Shown in pieces: positions 20,419-30,988 of a stretch of 64,000 nucleotides of DNA. The number at the start of each line of letters is the position of its first letter. Position 1 is the stretch's first letter. Source of the stretch: a virus; the IMG/VR virus record IMGVR_UViG_3300030419_007436, positions 32,001 through 96,000 of that record. One strand, given 5' to 3'. A program made the position numbers and the translations under genes. The notes below the pieces were generated by a model that saw only the letters and a list, made by a program, of their open reading frames with translations, had not been told where the DNA came from and ran no database searches.

Positions 20419-21232
20419 CTAATTTTTGCCTTACAGTATCGCTAACAAATCTACAATCTCCAAATTTTGACATTCTAGAAAATAAAACAATTTTATTTGG
20501 ATCTAAAGTATAAGATGGATCAAAAGATACTAATGTCTGCTGATCTCCGTATTTATTAAGTATATCACTTTCATAGTCCTGTTGTAAATTATATTTTTCT
20601 ATCAGTAACGATAAAATAGACTGATCCTGACGATGTTCTATACATAGTGATTCTGGTCCGTCAGGTTTTTTAACAGTTGTATCGGGGCCTATTATTTCTA
20701 AATTTAATGAACAATTATACATTTCATTAATAAATTGAGAGTTTGTATGATTTGATTCATAACATTGATACCCGGCCCAATATTGGGGGGCGTCGCGATA
20801 TCTTTCACTATCACACCCCATTTGTGTAAAACAAGCTTCAGTGGTCCAATATTTATTTTTTAATTGTTCTGGATGATATTTTAAAAACAAGCAGCCACTC
20901 TTTTTAACGTCTTTTTTAAGCTCAACTGTCATATTAACAAATGCATTTGTAGCATCAGAGTAAATGAAGTCATGGCCAAATTTCGAAGCGCCATGGATTG
21001 CGGCGACTTTATAGAAAAACATTCTAGGAGAGTGAGCATAATCGCAGACTCTTTCCACTTCTTTTAATATTATTTGAGATCCATATCTGTTTTGTAAAAA
21101 ATCTAAATAAACCTCATCTAAATCAAAATAATAGAATAAAATTTCTTTGTTAAAAGAGTTGTGTTTGTAGCTTTCAATTAAATTAATGGAAGAAAGAAAA
21201 AACTTATTATTTGTTACAGTAGAGAGTATCAT
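20411..21232 (-). CDS. GT-A-like putative glycosyltransferase
   Basis: IYSDA (DxD-like), HRQDQSILSLL. Confidence 0.55.
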   Translation of the reverse strand: MILSTVTNNKFFLSSINLIESYKHNSFNKEILFYYFDLDEVYLDFLQNRYGSQIILKEVERVCDYAHSPRMFFYKVAAIHGASKFGHDFIYSDATNAFVNMTVELKKDVKKSGCLFLKYHPEQLKNKYWTTEACFTQMGCDSERYRDAPQYWAGYQCYESNHTNSQFINEMYNCSLNLEIIGPDTTVKKPDGPESLCIEHRQDQSILSLLIEKYNLQQDYESDILNKYGDQQTLVSFDPSYTLDPNKIVLFSRMSKFGDCRFVSDTVRQKLDV

Positions 21233-23202
21233 GCATCTTTATATTTCTCGTATACTTCTTCTTCTTCTTTTCTTTTCCAAGAGAAATTTTCAGGATTTGT
21301 TGAAATTCCTGTAGGATTAAAATAATATAATCCAAGAGGATTAGAATTAATTTTCTTATACGTAGACCCTTTTGAAGCCGCTCTCAACCACATTTCCCAA
21401 TCCCCTGCAGATTTGTATTTTTGATCAAACAATCCAGCCTCTTTATGTAAAGATTTTCTCCACATTGGAGAAGAGTGAGGCATGTTAATCATCTTGAGAT
21501 TATCAAAAGAGAATTCTGGAAAATTATACCTTCTTTCATTTGAGGAATTTTGTTCCCATGTTTCATTTGGTTTGTCAGTTATTAACATATCCGCATAAAC
21601 TAAATCAATGTCTGAATTTTTATATAGTTCTTTTGCATGTGCCTCCAAAGACCAAGGAGCCTTTCTATCATCTAAGTTTGCATTTGTTAGATATTCTCCA
21701 CTTGACATTTCAACACCCATATTCCAAACACTATAAATGCCCGGATCAGAATCAAGTTTCTTATAAACTATATTATCAGGATATTTTTCTAAATACTCGT
21801 TGATTACTTCTTCTTCATTGTGAGGAGAGTTAGCATTAATCAAAATTAATTCACATTTATCCTTAAAGATAGTTTGTCTAGTAATGTCTTCTAGGAATGA
21901 CTTAATAAATTCATCCCCTTTATAAACAGATGTTATGATAGAGACTTTTGGTAGTTCATTAGAAGACACGGAAACCAATTTTTCTCCGGCAATCAATTCA
22001 GCCATTTTTGCATACTGATCTTCTTCTTTAAAATTTTCAACTACAAATTTTTTAAGATCTTTTGCCTGCTTTTTAAACCGACCATATTCCTTATACATTT
22101 CTCTAAGGCGCATTTTATATGAACCTTGTTGTGGATAACACCACATAGAATTTTTTTCTAATACCCCTTCCCAAACGCTACTTTCTGGAATCGGTTTAAT
22201 ATCATAATCTATTCGAGAGAAATGCGGGCGCATTTTTACTTTGCCGCTCTTTTTCTCTTTTTTTGGAGCAAAAAGAAAATCAACATGACCACTCCATTCT
22301 GGCGCCATCACAGGAAGGCCGGAATAAGCAGCTTCAAATATCGGCAGACCGAAACCTTCGCCATGAGCTAAAGAAACAAGTGCTTTAATTTGTGGATGTT
22401 TATATAGAGAGTGCATTTGTTGATCTGACATATCGCCATGAAGAAGATATATCTTACACTTTCTATTTTCATACTTGGATATAAACTTTGTTAATTTATC
22501 TACTGCATCATATCTATCACTTATTGAGTTTCCAGTTGCAAATGTTTTAACCACCAAGCCAACATCAGGGTTGTCAATAAATTCTTCCATAAACCAACTA
22601 ATCGTGTTTTCCAAATTTTTTCTTGGCCCCCATTGGGCAACAGTAAGAAAATTAAATTTAGAACTCAACTCTAAATCCAAATCAACTTCTTCATATTCCT
22701 TAACTGGGTAATGTACAACAGATATTTCTTTGTTGCACGAAAGTGTCATTTTTTGACCAGTTTCTTTATCAACCCCTTGATATGAAGACGCTTGATATAC
22801 ATTTTTTGAATGGCTCGATACAGTAATTACCCTATCCATCATATTCGCTTTTTCTAACCAAACTGGGGCAACTCTATTCGTTTCAATACCAGCCGTAATT
22901 CCAACATTAACCGGCGCCATTTTTTGCCATTCATTGGGAATTGTTACTTGTATGCTCATATCAAACCGAACATCTCCTTTAGTTTCAGTTTGATAATTAG
23001 CTGTTTTTTTGACCAAGGTGTCAAACCATTGTCGTTCTTCATCATCTGCAGATATCCATCCACATTGTCCCCAATTAACTGGTAAAACATAAAGGTCAAA
23101 GATGTCTTCATGTTTTCTCAGTGATCGGAGTACAAAACGTCCATGTTCACCATATCCAGAGCGCGTCAAAAAAGGTGCTCTTACTATTACTTTCTTTTTC
23201 AC
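21229..23202 (-). CDS. GT4-like plus GT2 bifunctional glycosyltransferase
   Basis: SGYGEHGR, PRKNLE, HGEGFGLPIFEAA; then KVSIITSVY, NANLDDR, AGDWEMWLR. Start set at GTG 23202 (RBS AAGGAG, GTGA overlap). Confidence 0.85.
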   Translation of the reverse strand: MKKKVIVRAPFLTRSGYGEHGRFVLRSLRKHEDIFDLYVLPVNWGQCGWISADDEERQWFDTLVKKTANYQTETKGDVRFDMSIQVTIPNEWQKMAPVNVGITAGIETNRVAPVWLEKANMMDRVITVSSHSKNVYQASSYQGVDKETGQKMTLSCNKEISVVHYPVKEYEEVDLDLELSSKFNFLTVAQWGPRKNLENTISWFMEEFIDNPDVGLVVKTFATGNSISDRYDAVDKLTKFISKYENRKCKIYLLHGDMSDQQMHSLYKHPQIKALVSLAHGEGFGLPIFEAAYSGLPVMAPEWSGHVDFLFAPKKEKKSGKVKMRPHFSRIDYDIKPIPESSVWEGVLEKNSMWCYPQQGSYKMRLREMYKEYGRFKKQAKDLKKFVVENFKEEDQYAKMAELIAGEKLVSVSSNELPKVSIITSVYKGDEFIKSFLEDITRQTIFKDKCELILINANSPHNEEEVINEYLEKYPDNIVYKKLDSDPGIYSVWNMGVEMSSGEYLTNANLDDRKAPWSLEAHAKELYKNSDIDLVYADMLITDKPNETWEQNSSNERRYNFPEFSFDNLKMINMPHSSPMWRKSLHKEAGLFDQKYKSAGDWEMWLRAASKGSTYKKINSNPLGLYYFNPTGISTNPENFSWKRKEEEEVYEKYKDA

Positions 23203-24470
23203 GATATCTCCTTGATTTCCCAATTCTTATAGCCCTTTCTTTCTCCCCAAGAGCCCATTTCTTCGTAAACCATTGTAAATATTTCATCCCACTGTTTAGA
23301 AAAATCATTAAAATTATAATTTTCTATTACATGCTGGCGCCCTGCGGCGCCAAGCGCTCTTCGATCTTCTTCTTTCATATTATACATTTTTTCGAGCGCG
23401 GCGACGACGACATCTTCAGATAGTCGATCTTCATATATCCATGGAATATCTTGAGAACCAATAATCGCCTTAGATGTTGGTTCTAAACCAATGCCAAACC
23501 AATTTTCCCCATCCGTCACTTGTTCTTGTAAACCACCCGTCATATTTACAATGATTGGTGTTTCACAAGCTAAAGATTCAAGAGTTGCTAAACCAAATCC
23601 TTCAGCATCTGATATGTTGATAGTACAGTCTGCAATATTATACATAACAGCTAATGTTTCTGGGTCAACTTTCTGGCGAGAGAACAGTACTTCTCCGTTT
23701 GTTAAACCAAGCTCAGAAACTATTAATTCCAAATCTTGACCATGTTGATCTTTTGTATCTGTGTGCATTATTAAAACAGCATTTTCTTTACCAACTTTTT
23801 CCAAAAACTTTGCGTACCAATAAATTAAAGTACCACTTTGTTTTCTACGAGCGTTTCTATTGTTCCAAAAAAAGACGAACTTATTGGGGTCATAGTTATC
23901 TCCAAACGACCTTGATGCAAACTCTTTTACACGCTCTTCATCATATCTTTTATAAGAGTCAGTATCAACAGCGTGTGGTAAGTATACAGACTTTACATTT
24001 GGAGAGACTTTTTTAACAATATCATCAGTAACTTTTGATATTGTCACAATTAAATCGTTTGATTCATACCACTTTTTGTTATATGTTGGAAGAGGATAAT
24101 TGTCCCACACATGATAATATACCATCGGAACAAGTGGTCTAATTTCATTTTCTATTCCCCAAAGCCATGGCCAAAACCTAGGATCAGTCATAAACCATAA
24201 AATGTCGGGCCTTTCCTGTCGCACAATAGATCTTATCATATCTGGATTTCCATAACCTTCCACGGGAAGAGTAATCCAATCATCTTTCCATTCTTCTGTT
24301 TTTATCGGATTAAAATCAGGGTGGTGCATTGCGCCGCCTAAACTAAAAAATTTATATTTTCCAGTTTTAAGCATATTCTCTATAATATATCTTGTTTGGT
24401 TGCCAACGCCGGATGGCGCGAATGGCATATCACTAATAGTTAATATTTTAATTTTATTCGTGTCAGACAA
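23199..24470 (-). CDS. GT4-family glycosyltransferase
   Basis: SGVGNQ, NRNARRKQ, AEGFGLATLESL, TGGLQEQV. Confidence 0.88.
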   Translation of the reverse strand: MSDTNKIKILTISDMPFAPSGVGNQTRYIIENMLKTGKYKFFSLGGAMHHPDFNPIKTEEWKDDWITLPVEGYGNPDMIRSIVRQERPDILWFMTDPRFWPWLWGIENEIRPLVPMVYYHVWDNYPLPTYNKKWYESNDLIVTISKVTDDIVKKVSPNVKSVYLPHAVDTDSYKRYDEERVKEFASRSFGDNYDPNKFVFFWNNRNARRKQSGTLIYWYAKFLEKVGKENAVLIMHTDTKDQHGQDLELIVSELGLTNGEVLFSRQKVDPETLAVMYNIADCTINISDAEGFGLATLESLACETPIIVNMTGGLQEQVTDGENWFGIGLEPTSKAIIGSQDIPWIYEDRLSEDVVVAALEKMYNMKEEDRRALGAAGRQHVIENYNFNDFSKQWDEIFTMVYEEMGSWGERKGYKNWEIKEIS

Positions 24471-24479
24471 TTTTCCCTC

Positions 24480-25253
24480 TTATTTACAATGTTGTGTTTT
24501 ATAAAATTCGCAAAAACCAAATCTTGTTTGACAGCTTAAACGATTTTTAATATATTTTTTTCTTTTTAAATTATAAAGCGCCTTGTCTAATAATTTAAGA
24601 GCATTCTCAGTTTTTTTAACACCACTGGTAACTTTAAATATTTCTATATTATCTTTCTTGGCGGTGCGCTTTAAAAGGGCAAAGTGTGTAACAATATTTT
24701 TAGGATCTACGTCATGTTTTAATCCAAAAAAGTGTTTATATAATGTTAGTTGATATGTGGTCATTCTGTCGCTTTTTCTTCTAGTGTCCCATCCCCACGA
24801 ACACGTCTTCCAATCGATAATATGATATTTGCCGTCATCTGTTTTTAAGACTAAATCAACATATCCTTTAAAATCAAAATCATAATCTTTTATTGGTTCG
24901 AACAATTTTTCTTCTACAGAAATTAATTCATATTTACCAAAATTTTCTTTAAGTGACGGAAGTACTTTCTTAACCAACATACATCCTTGTACACGCATGT
25001 TAGAGATTAATGATTTATTTAATTCTAGGTCATCTGGTAGTTTTTTTAACTCTTCTAGAAATTCTTTCTGAAAGTGTTCCGGGGCATCTGATATGTTATT
25101 TTCAACTAACTGCTCACATGCTGAATGTACCGCAGTACCGAATGCAGTATGTTCGTTTCCTTTGAATCCACCAATTTCATCTAAATAAACGAGTTTATGT
25201 TTCCAACCACATTCATTCCATAACTTTAACTCAGAAAAAGATATGTGAGACAT
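24480..25253 (-). CDS. PD-(D/E)XK nuclease, AddB/Cas4-like with possible Fe-S cysteines
   Basis: HISFSEL..W.EC, FGTAVH, GYVDLV, IIDWKT, C-terminal SC...FCEF...HC. Confidence 0.85.
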   Translation of the reverse strand: MSHISFSELKLWNECGWKHKLVYLDEIGGFKGNEHTAFGTAVHSACEQLVENNISDAPEHFQKEFLEELKKLPDDLELNKSLISNMRVQGCMLVKKVLPSLKENFGKYELISVEEKLFEPIKDYDFDFKGYVDLVLKTDDGKYHIIDWKTCSWGWDTRRKSDRMTTYQLTLYKHFFGLKHDVDPKNIVTHFALLKRTAKKDNIEIFKVTSGVKKTENALKLLDKALYNLKRKKYIKNRLSCQTRFGFCEFYKTQHCK

Positions 25254-25553
25254 TTATTCCTCTTCTTTAATAATTTTAGGAGCGCTTTTGGGGCGTCTCT
25301 TTGATGTCGTTTTTGTTTTTTTAATTTTTTCCACCGTTAAAATCCACGTTCCAGTAGAGCTTTCTGGGCTTATATAATTTGAAATCCTGTAGGGACCATC
25401 AGCTTCCTCAACAATATACAAGGGATGTTTCTTTTTAAATTTTTTAACAATCTCAGGTCTAGTAATTGATTTTTTTTGATCAGGTCTTGTTCCTTCATAA
25501 TCTAAAGATTCTGTAATTTTTACTGTTTTTTCATCGACAAATTCAATATTCAT
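25254..25553 (-). CDS. Hypothetical protein
   Basis: Operon-packed ORF. Confidence 0.55.
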   Translation of the reverse strand: MNIEFVDEKTVKITESLDYEGTRPDQKKSITRPEIVKKFKKKHPLYIVEEADGPYRISNYISPESSTGTWILTVEKIKKTKTTSKRRPKSAPKIIKEEE

Positions 25554-25555
25554 TT

Positions 25556-26257
25556 TTATTCTCCTTCTATATTATTATCATCTAATAAATTAGAAATTTT
25601 ATTATATAATATAGGACTTATTTTACGTAAATAGTCACTATCCCTAAGAAAAAAGTTTTCAAAACCATTTGCAAAATATTCATTTATACTTGTAATAGAG
25701 TATGGAGAGTAAAATAATCCCACTGTCAGGCTTGTCAAAGTTGGATACCCAACAATGTTGAACAGGTAATAATCTAGTTTTTTGTCGTATTCAATGTTAT
25801 TTAGTTGTTCTTCCGAGGGTTGATATCCCTCTTGTTCTAAATAATGATACAAAGTTTGTCTTTTTCCTCTAAATTCACTTTCTATGTCACCGTCTGAATA
25901 TAAATAACTTCCATATTTTTCTTCGACGGCATGCGCCAACTCGTGTATGATATCATCAATCATATCGTTTTCGTTGTCTTGTTCATTGGTTATATACAAG
26001 GCGCCATCTTTATATTTCGCGTTAAAAGGAAGGCTCTTATCTTTATTGAAATCATTAAATTTACCAATATATATTGCATCTACATTTTCAACAAAAGCTC
26101 TTGGTACAATATTCTCAATAGTTTCAATTACATAATCTAGATTAAATCCATAGGGGAGCACATCTTTTACAAAAACTAATTTGTCTCCATATATATGTTT
26201 TTCTCTACTGTTACTTTTTGCGCTTTTACTGCTTTCTAAAATATATTCAGTATTCAT
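25556..26257 (-). CDS. Zincin-like metallopeptidase
   Basis: IIHELAHAVE (HExxH) with downstream NEYFANGFE. Confidence 0.7.
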   Translation of the reverse strand: MNTEYILESSKSAKSNSREKHIYGDKLVFVKDVLPYGFNLDYVIETIENIVPRAFVENVDAIYIGKFNDFNKDKSLPFNAKYKDGALYITNEQDNENDMIDDIIHELAHAVEEKYGSYLYSDGDIESEFRGKRQTLYHYLEQEGYQPSEEQLNNIEYDKKLDYYLFNIVGYPTLTSLTVGLFYSPYSITSINEYFANGFENFFLRDSDYLRKISPILYNKISNLLDDNNIEGE

Positions 26258-26259
26258 TA

Positions 26260-26523
26260 TTAAATAAGACCATCCTTTCTCATCAACTTTTCTCCTTCAT
26301 CGACATCATTCATTGCTTGCTGATAGCCGCGGATAAAATTTTCTTCAGCAATTGGTAAAAGAAACTCCGGAAATTCTTCAGCTACAACTTTGATAATCAT
26401 TTCTACAGTTACTTCATCATCTTTTGGTGATAGTTTTTCTCCAACATATTCAACAAGCCAATTCTTCACTTCGGTGTCTGGTTCTACCGGCTTTAGAAGA
26501 TCCGGATTTTCATTTACATTCAT
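26260..26523 (-). CDS. Hypothetical protein
   Basis: Start reassigned to MNVNENPD; AEENFIRGYQQA. Confidence 0.6.
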   Translation of the reverse strand: MNVNENPDLLKPVEPDTEVKNWLVEYVGEKLSPKDDEVTVEMIIKVVAEEFPEFLLPIAEENFIRGYQQAMNDVDEGEKLMRKDGLI

Positions 26524-26524
26524 T

Positions 26525-26926
26525 TTATTTCTCCACCAAGACTGATAGTTTGCTGCGATTTTGCCACAACAAATGTGCATAAAGCACGGCAACAACGAGA
26601 GCTATAACTAGCCCAGTTGGATCTAAAAATGCATGAAAAGCCACCACATTAACTACTACGGGTGCCAAAGCTACAAGAGCTAAAGTTACGTATTTGCCCC
26701 ATAGTAAGAGAGCGCCACAAACTAATTCCACGCCTTTAAGTAGTGGAAAAAAATATGGTGCTGTGGCCAGGCCCACTAAAAATCCATGAGCCGTTTCTGC
26801 GGGAGTTGGTGAAGAAAACAGACTGAAAAATCCATTTAGTCCAAAAACAAAGAACACCAAACCCAATGCAACTCTAGAGCCGCTTTCCTTTAGGCTATCC
26901 AATAAATATAAAAGTTTAAATTTCAT
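26525..26926 (-). CDS. DoxX-like membrane protein
   Basis: Four hydrophobic helices; LGLVFFVFGLNGF, VELVCGALLL, VVAFHAF; RBS GGAGG before ATG 26926. Confidence 0.75.
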   Translation of the reverse strand: MKFKLLYLLDSLKESGSRVALGLVFFVFGLNGFFSLFSSPTPAETAHGFLVGLATAPYFFPLLKGVELVCGALLLWGKYVTLALVALAPVVVNVVAFHAFLDPTGLVIALVVAVLYAHLLWQNRSKLSVLVEK

Positions 26927-26944
26927 AGTAAACTTCCTCCTTAA

Positions 26945-26973
26945 ATAATAAACCATCATATAATATTTGTCAA
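26945..26973 (-). promoter_or_regulatory. Sigma70-type promoter for the DoxX-like gene
   Basis: TTGACA-17 nt-TATTAT. Confidence 0.65.
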
Positions 26974-26979
26974 GTTATT

Positions 26980-28290
26980 TTAAAGTATTTTAGATGCTAG
27001 AGTTGCAACCTTTGATCTTTCGCCCTTTATTAACGTTACATGACCGGCCACGTCATAACTTTTAAACCTCTCTACTGCATATGCTAATCCATTAGAAGTT
27101 TCGTCTACATATACGTTATCTATTTGGTCTATATCTCCAGTTAATACCACTTTTGTGTTTTCTCCGACTCTAGTAATTATAGTCTTTAATTCATGCGCTG
27201 TCAAATTTTGGGCTTCATCAATTATAATAAACGCATTAGATATAGAGCGCCCCCTTATATATGTAAGCGCCTCTATTTCTATTGTTCCTTGTGCTATATA
27301 CATTCTCAAAGTTTCTTTATCGTTACCCATTAGATGGCGTAAATTGTCTTGAATTGGAGCCAGCCATGGAGTCATTTTTTCCTCCATTGTGCCAGGCAAA
27401 TATCCAATATCTTTTCCCATCGGCTGAATTGGCCTAGAAACTATTAATCTTTTAAATGGAGCTAACTTATCGCTCTCGACAACCTGAGCTAAACCAGAAG
27501 CTATAGCTAATAGGGTTTTTCCGCTACCAGCTTTACCAATCAAAGTTACGACTTTGACGTCGGGATCTAATAATAAATCTAATGAAAAATTTTGTTCTTT
27601 GTTTCTTGGCTTAACTCCCCATATTCCTTTTTTATATTCTCCATTAATTCTTTTCAAAGGTTTTGAGTAATCATAAAATCTAGCTAGTGCTGTTTTTTTA
27701 TCATTTGAACTAGAAACTAACATTACAAAATGATTAGGAAAGAGCTTAATATCTTCTTTTTCTAAATAAATCTTTTCGCCCGCGTAAAATTGATCTAATA
27801 TTTGATCATCAACCAAATGTGTTTTAAAGCCCGTATAAAGATTCTCTGTGTTTTTTATCACCTGATTTACAATAAAGTCTTGTGTTAATAGGCCCAAAGA
27901 ATCACATTTAACGCGCATGTTAATATCTCGTGATACTAATATTACTTTCCTGTTTGGATGAAGTTCTTTTTCTTCTAAAGCAACTGATATAATTTCATTG
28001 TCCGCAACAGACATGTCAAGCGATTGTGATGTGCTGGTTTTTACGTATACTAGGCCTTTTCCCTTATCTATTCTCACCCCCTTATAAAGGGAACCTTTTT
28101 CACGTAAATTATCCAGCGCTCGAATTAATCTTCTTGCATTAGAGCCGACACCATCTTGTCGCTTTTTGTGATTATCTACTTCTTCCAATACTTTAAAAGG
28201 AATAACGATATCATTGTTTTGATAAGAAGTTAAAGCATTAGCGTCCGTTAAATAAACACTAGTATCAAGGATATATATTTTTTTTGCCAT
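26980..28290 (-). CDS. phoH: PIN-PhoH protein (PhoH2-like)
   Basis: ILDTSVYL, VSRDINMRVK; GKAGSGKT, DIGYLPG, RGRS, IIDEAQN, LTGDIDQID. Confidence 0.92.
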   Translation of the reverse strand: MAKKIYILDTSVYLTDANALTSYQNNDIVIPFKVLEEVDNHKKRQDGVGSNARRLIRALDNLREKGSLYKGVRIDKGKGLVYVKTSTSQSLDMSVADNEIISVALEEKELHPNRKVILVSRDINMRVKCDSLGLLTQDFIVNQVIKNTENLYTGFKTHLVDDQILDQFYAGEKIYLEKEDIKLFPNHFVMLVSSSNDKKTALARFYDYSKPLKRINGEYKKGIWGVKPRNKEQNFSLDLLLDPDVKVVTLIGKAGSGKTLLAIASGLAQVVESDKLAPFKRLIVSRPIQPMGKDIGYLPGTMEEKMTPWLAPIQDNLRHLMGNDKETLRMYIAQGTIEIEALTYIRGRSISNAFIIIDEAQNLTAHELKTIITRVGENTKVVLTGDIDQIDNVYVDETSNGLAYAVERFKSYDVAGHVTLIKGERSKVATLASKIL

Positions 28291-28398
28291 ACGTTTTTAT
28301 AAGCTAGCGCTTCATATATAAATAGTTCTTAGCAATTTAATATCAAAAAGAACCGATGTTTTATTTTTAAAAACATAGTTATTATAAGGCGGGCTCAT

Positions 28399-28854
28399 AT
28401 GAAAAATAAAATATTATTTATTTTAATGTTTATGTTTATACCATTAATTGCTGAAGCAAAAATTGTATTATGCAAAAAAACATGCTCGGAATTAAGGAAT
28501 GAACACATTGAACCGATAAAAGGTCTTATTTACGAATTGTCGCAGAGGCAGGGGGCCGAGACTAAAAAACAGTTTGCCATACATGCAGCTAAAACAATTG
28601 TTTGGATCGATAAGCTCCATAAAGATGAAAAAATCTATAATCTAGAAGATTATAAAAATGACGATAGAGCCAGCTTGGTTAATACGTGTATAAAATATAT
28701 AATTAGCGTTGTTAACGGACAAGAAGGCCTTCCAATAGATGAAACATTAAATAGATGGGGTTTAACTGGAAAAAGAGTTGTTGCAGAATATAAAGAAGAA
28801 ATAATAAAAAAACAAAAGGTTATAAAATGGAAATTGGAGTTGAGTAAAATATGA
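28399..28854 (+). CDS. Secreted hypothetical protein
   Basis: Signal-peptide-like N-terminus; ATGA overlap with the protease gene. Confidence 0.6.
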   Translation: MKNKILFILMFMFIPLIAEAKIVLCKKTCSELRNEHIEPIKGLIYELSQRQGAETKKQFAIHAAKTIVWIDKLHKDEKIYNLEDYKNDDRASLVNTCIKYIISVVNGQEGLPIDETLNRWGLTGKRVVAEYKEEIIKKQKVIKWKLELSKI

Positions 28855-29603
28855 GATTTTTTATTTTATTAGCTTTATCTTTTGTAACTTTAACTTGCAG
28901 CACAACAAATAACTATAATAAAATTCCAGTTGCATATGATTATAGCGCTGAAAAAGTTGTCAAAAATCTTCCAAGAGATTCTTTCATACATATATCAGCA
29001 AAAGAATTCACACAATTTTGTTTTAATCAAGATGGAGAAAAATTTTGCATAAGTGTAGGGAGTCCCAAACATTCCACAGGTTCTGGTTTCGTTATTGGTG
29101 CAACTGTTAATGGAAGCTTGGTAATTACTGCAGCACACGTTTGCAATCCAAAACACAAAAGTATGCAAATAGAGTTTGTATTAACTGATTTAGATGGCAA
29201 TGAATATTCTGCACATGTTGTCGCCAGAGATAATGATAGAAAAAGTGATATATGTATGTTATATTCTGAAAAACTGACCAAGCCACCAGTAAAATTGGCG
29301 GTGCAAGGGCCGTTACCCGGGGCGAAACTCTATAATGTTGCGGCGCCCATGGGAATATTTAATAAAAACATGGTGCCAATATTAGAAGGTAGATATAATG
29401 GTGTTTCTTTCAGGGGGAGCGCCATGTATTCAATACCTGCGGCGCCTGGATCTTCCGGATCGATGGTTTTAAATGAAAATTTTGAATTAGTTGGGATGAT
29501 TCATTCTCTCCATATAAGATTCCCTAATGTAACTGTTGGTCCAAAATTTGAAATATTGAGTAAATTTATAAGAAAGAATAAAGTTAAATTTAATAAATTA
29601 TGA
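28851..29603 (+). CDS. Exported trypsin-like serine protease (possible lipoprotein)
   Basis: GSGFVI, TAAHVC, SDIC, PGSSGS triad motifs; hydrophobic N-terminus ending in LTC. Confidence 0.88.
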   Translation: MRFFILLALSFVTLTCSTTNNYNKIPVAYDYSAEKVVKNLPRDSFIHISAKEFTQFCFNQDGEKFCISVGSPKHSTGSGFVIGATVNGSLVITAAHVCNPKHKSMQIEFVLTDLDGNEYSAHVVARDNDRKSDICMLYSEKLTKPPVKLAVQGPLPGAKLYNVAAPMGIFNKNMVPILEGRYNGVSFRGSAMYSIPAAPGSSGSMVLNENFELVGMIHSLHIRFPNVTVGPKFEILSKFIRKNKVKFNKL

Positions 29604-29924
29604 TTTCCACACTGTTTTACCAGAAGGTGTTTTAACATTCTTAAGAAATCTATGAATATTTAATATTGCCATAATATTGTCTTCTTCAAATCTATCTTGT
29701 ATATAATCTTCAGTTGTGCCTTTTACAAAATTACAACATCGTGCCACGTGGGAATCTATATCATCTTTTGTCGGTGTGTAAATCTTAAGATTGTGAACCA
29801 AATCAAAAATTTCTTTATTGTTTAAAAAAAAAGTTATTTTAATACCTTTGCTGCTGGTTGGTACACTTTGCGCTGTAATCATTATTTTATTTGGTTCACA
29901 GACATAGCGATGATGGTATTTCAT
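29598..29924 (-). CDS. Hypothetical protein
   Basis: ORF in minus-strand run. Confidence 0.5.
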   Translation of the reverse strand: MKYHHRYVCEPNKIMITAQSVPTSSKGIKITFFLNNKEIFDLVHNLKIYTPTKDDIDSHVARCCNFVKGTTEDYIQDRFEEDNIMAILNIHRFLKNVKTPSGKTVWKS

Positions 29925-29926
29925 TC

Positions 29927-30988
29927 TTATACCTCTGAAAATAAATAGTCATTGAACATCTTTATCTTCGAAGTATACTTCTTTCCATATATGCCATATA
30001 GTACTGCAGCTATGCTACTTAATAGAGAATTTCCATCCTGTGGTGTGAAACAAAATCCTACTATTCTTGTACCGTCTTTTACGCTGTGAGTGCTGATAGA
30101 TGGTATAGAAACAACAGTGTGATTAAATATTCTTCCATAATATCCATGATCACGACCAAAAGAAAATATCTTATTAGCTAAATTCTTATGAGTGAGTGCA
30201 ACATACGGGTTCTCTTTAAATTTATTGACAACCTTTTGTACATTTTCGTTACCTCTTACAACTACACTAAACCTAACTGTATGCATATATTGAGAATTTA
30301 CCTTCATTGCACTTGAATAAAGTGACAAATGTTTATAAAGTGTATTAAGCACTCTGGACGCGTCTGATGCATGGTGAGTGCCAAAAAGATTAACATTGTG
30401 GGCGCCCACTTCTGGGGAAGCAACAAAGCTGCCATTTTGGCTTATATCGTTTGCCCTTCTTATACAAACAAAATCAGCATCGACAATTCTATCAAATTTT
30501 GGAGACAAGCTTTTTAATACGCCACAAATATTATGTGTATTGCAGCTTACCACCTGAATGAAATTTGGTGTAGACCTAAGCAATGCATCATCATTAATGC
30601 CATATGCATATGGAAGACCGAAATTCTTTTCGCTCCCTTGGGCTATATATATTTTATTTTTTCTCTTTCTATAATATTTTTCTTTATTCTCATTTCCCGC
30701 GGGAGTACAATCAACAACAACATCACAAAGATCTAAAGCTGCCTCATAATTTAAAACTGGTTCATGTCCTAGGGATTGAAATTCTTCTACTTTGTCTGAA
30801 TCTACAACTAAATTAGCACCACGATTAATCATGCTATTTACTTTAGCAACTTCATCGACAAGCGGCGTTCTTTTATGAAAATATACATTAATTCCTAATT
30901 TTCTTTTAAAATCTGACAATAAGCCAATAAGAGGCTCTCCAATGGTGCCAGTGCCAACAACTAAAACGTTCTTTTTTGCTTTACTCAT
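29927..30988 (-). CDS. Type II (archaeal-type) GAPDH-like dehydrogenase
   Basis: VVGTGTIG, VVDCTP, QGSEK, VVSCNTH (catalytic Cys), IRRANDI. Confidence 0.7.
   Translation of the reverse strand: MSKAKKNVLVVGTGTIGEPLIGLLSDFKRKLGINVYFHKRTPLVDEVAKVNSMINRGANLVVDSDKVEEFQSLGHEPVLNYEAALDLCDVVVDCTPAGNENKEKYYRKRKNKIYIAQGSEKNFGLPYAYGINDDALLRSTPNFIQVVSCNTHNICGVLKSLSPKFDRIVDADFVCIRRANDISQNGSFVASPEVGAHNVNLFGTHHASDASRVLNTLYKHLSLYSSAMKVNSQYMHTVRFSVVVRGNENVQKVVNKFKENPYVALTHKNLANKIFSFGRDHGYYGRIFNHTVVSIPSISTHSVKDGTRIVGFCFTPQDGNSLLSSIAAVLYGIYGKKYTSKIKMFNDYLFSEV

Noticed and set aside
24480-25253. CRISPR-Cas system suggested by the Cas4-like nuclease and short repeats
   Set aside because: No cas1 or cas2 and no regularly spaced repeat-spacer array. 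The repeats found encode protein leaders.
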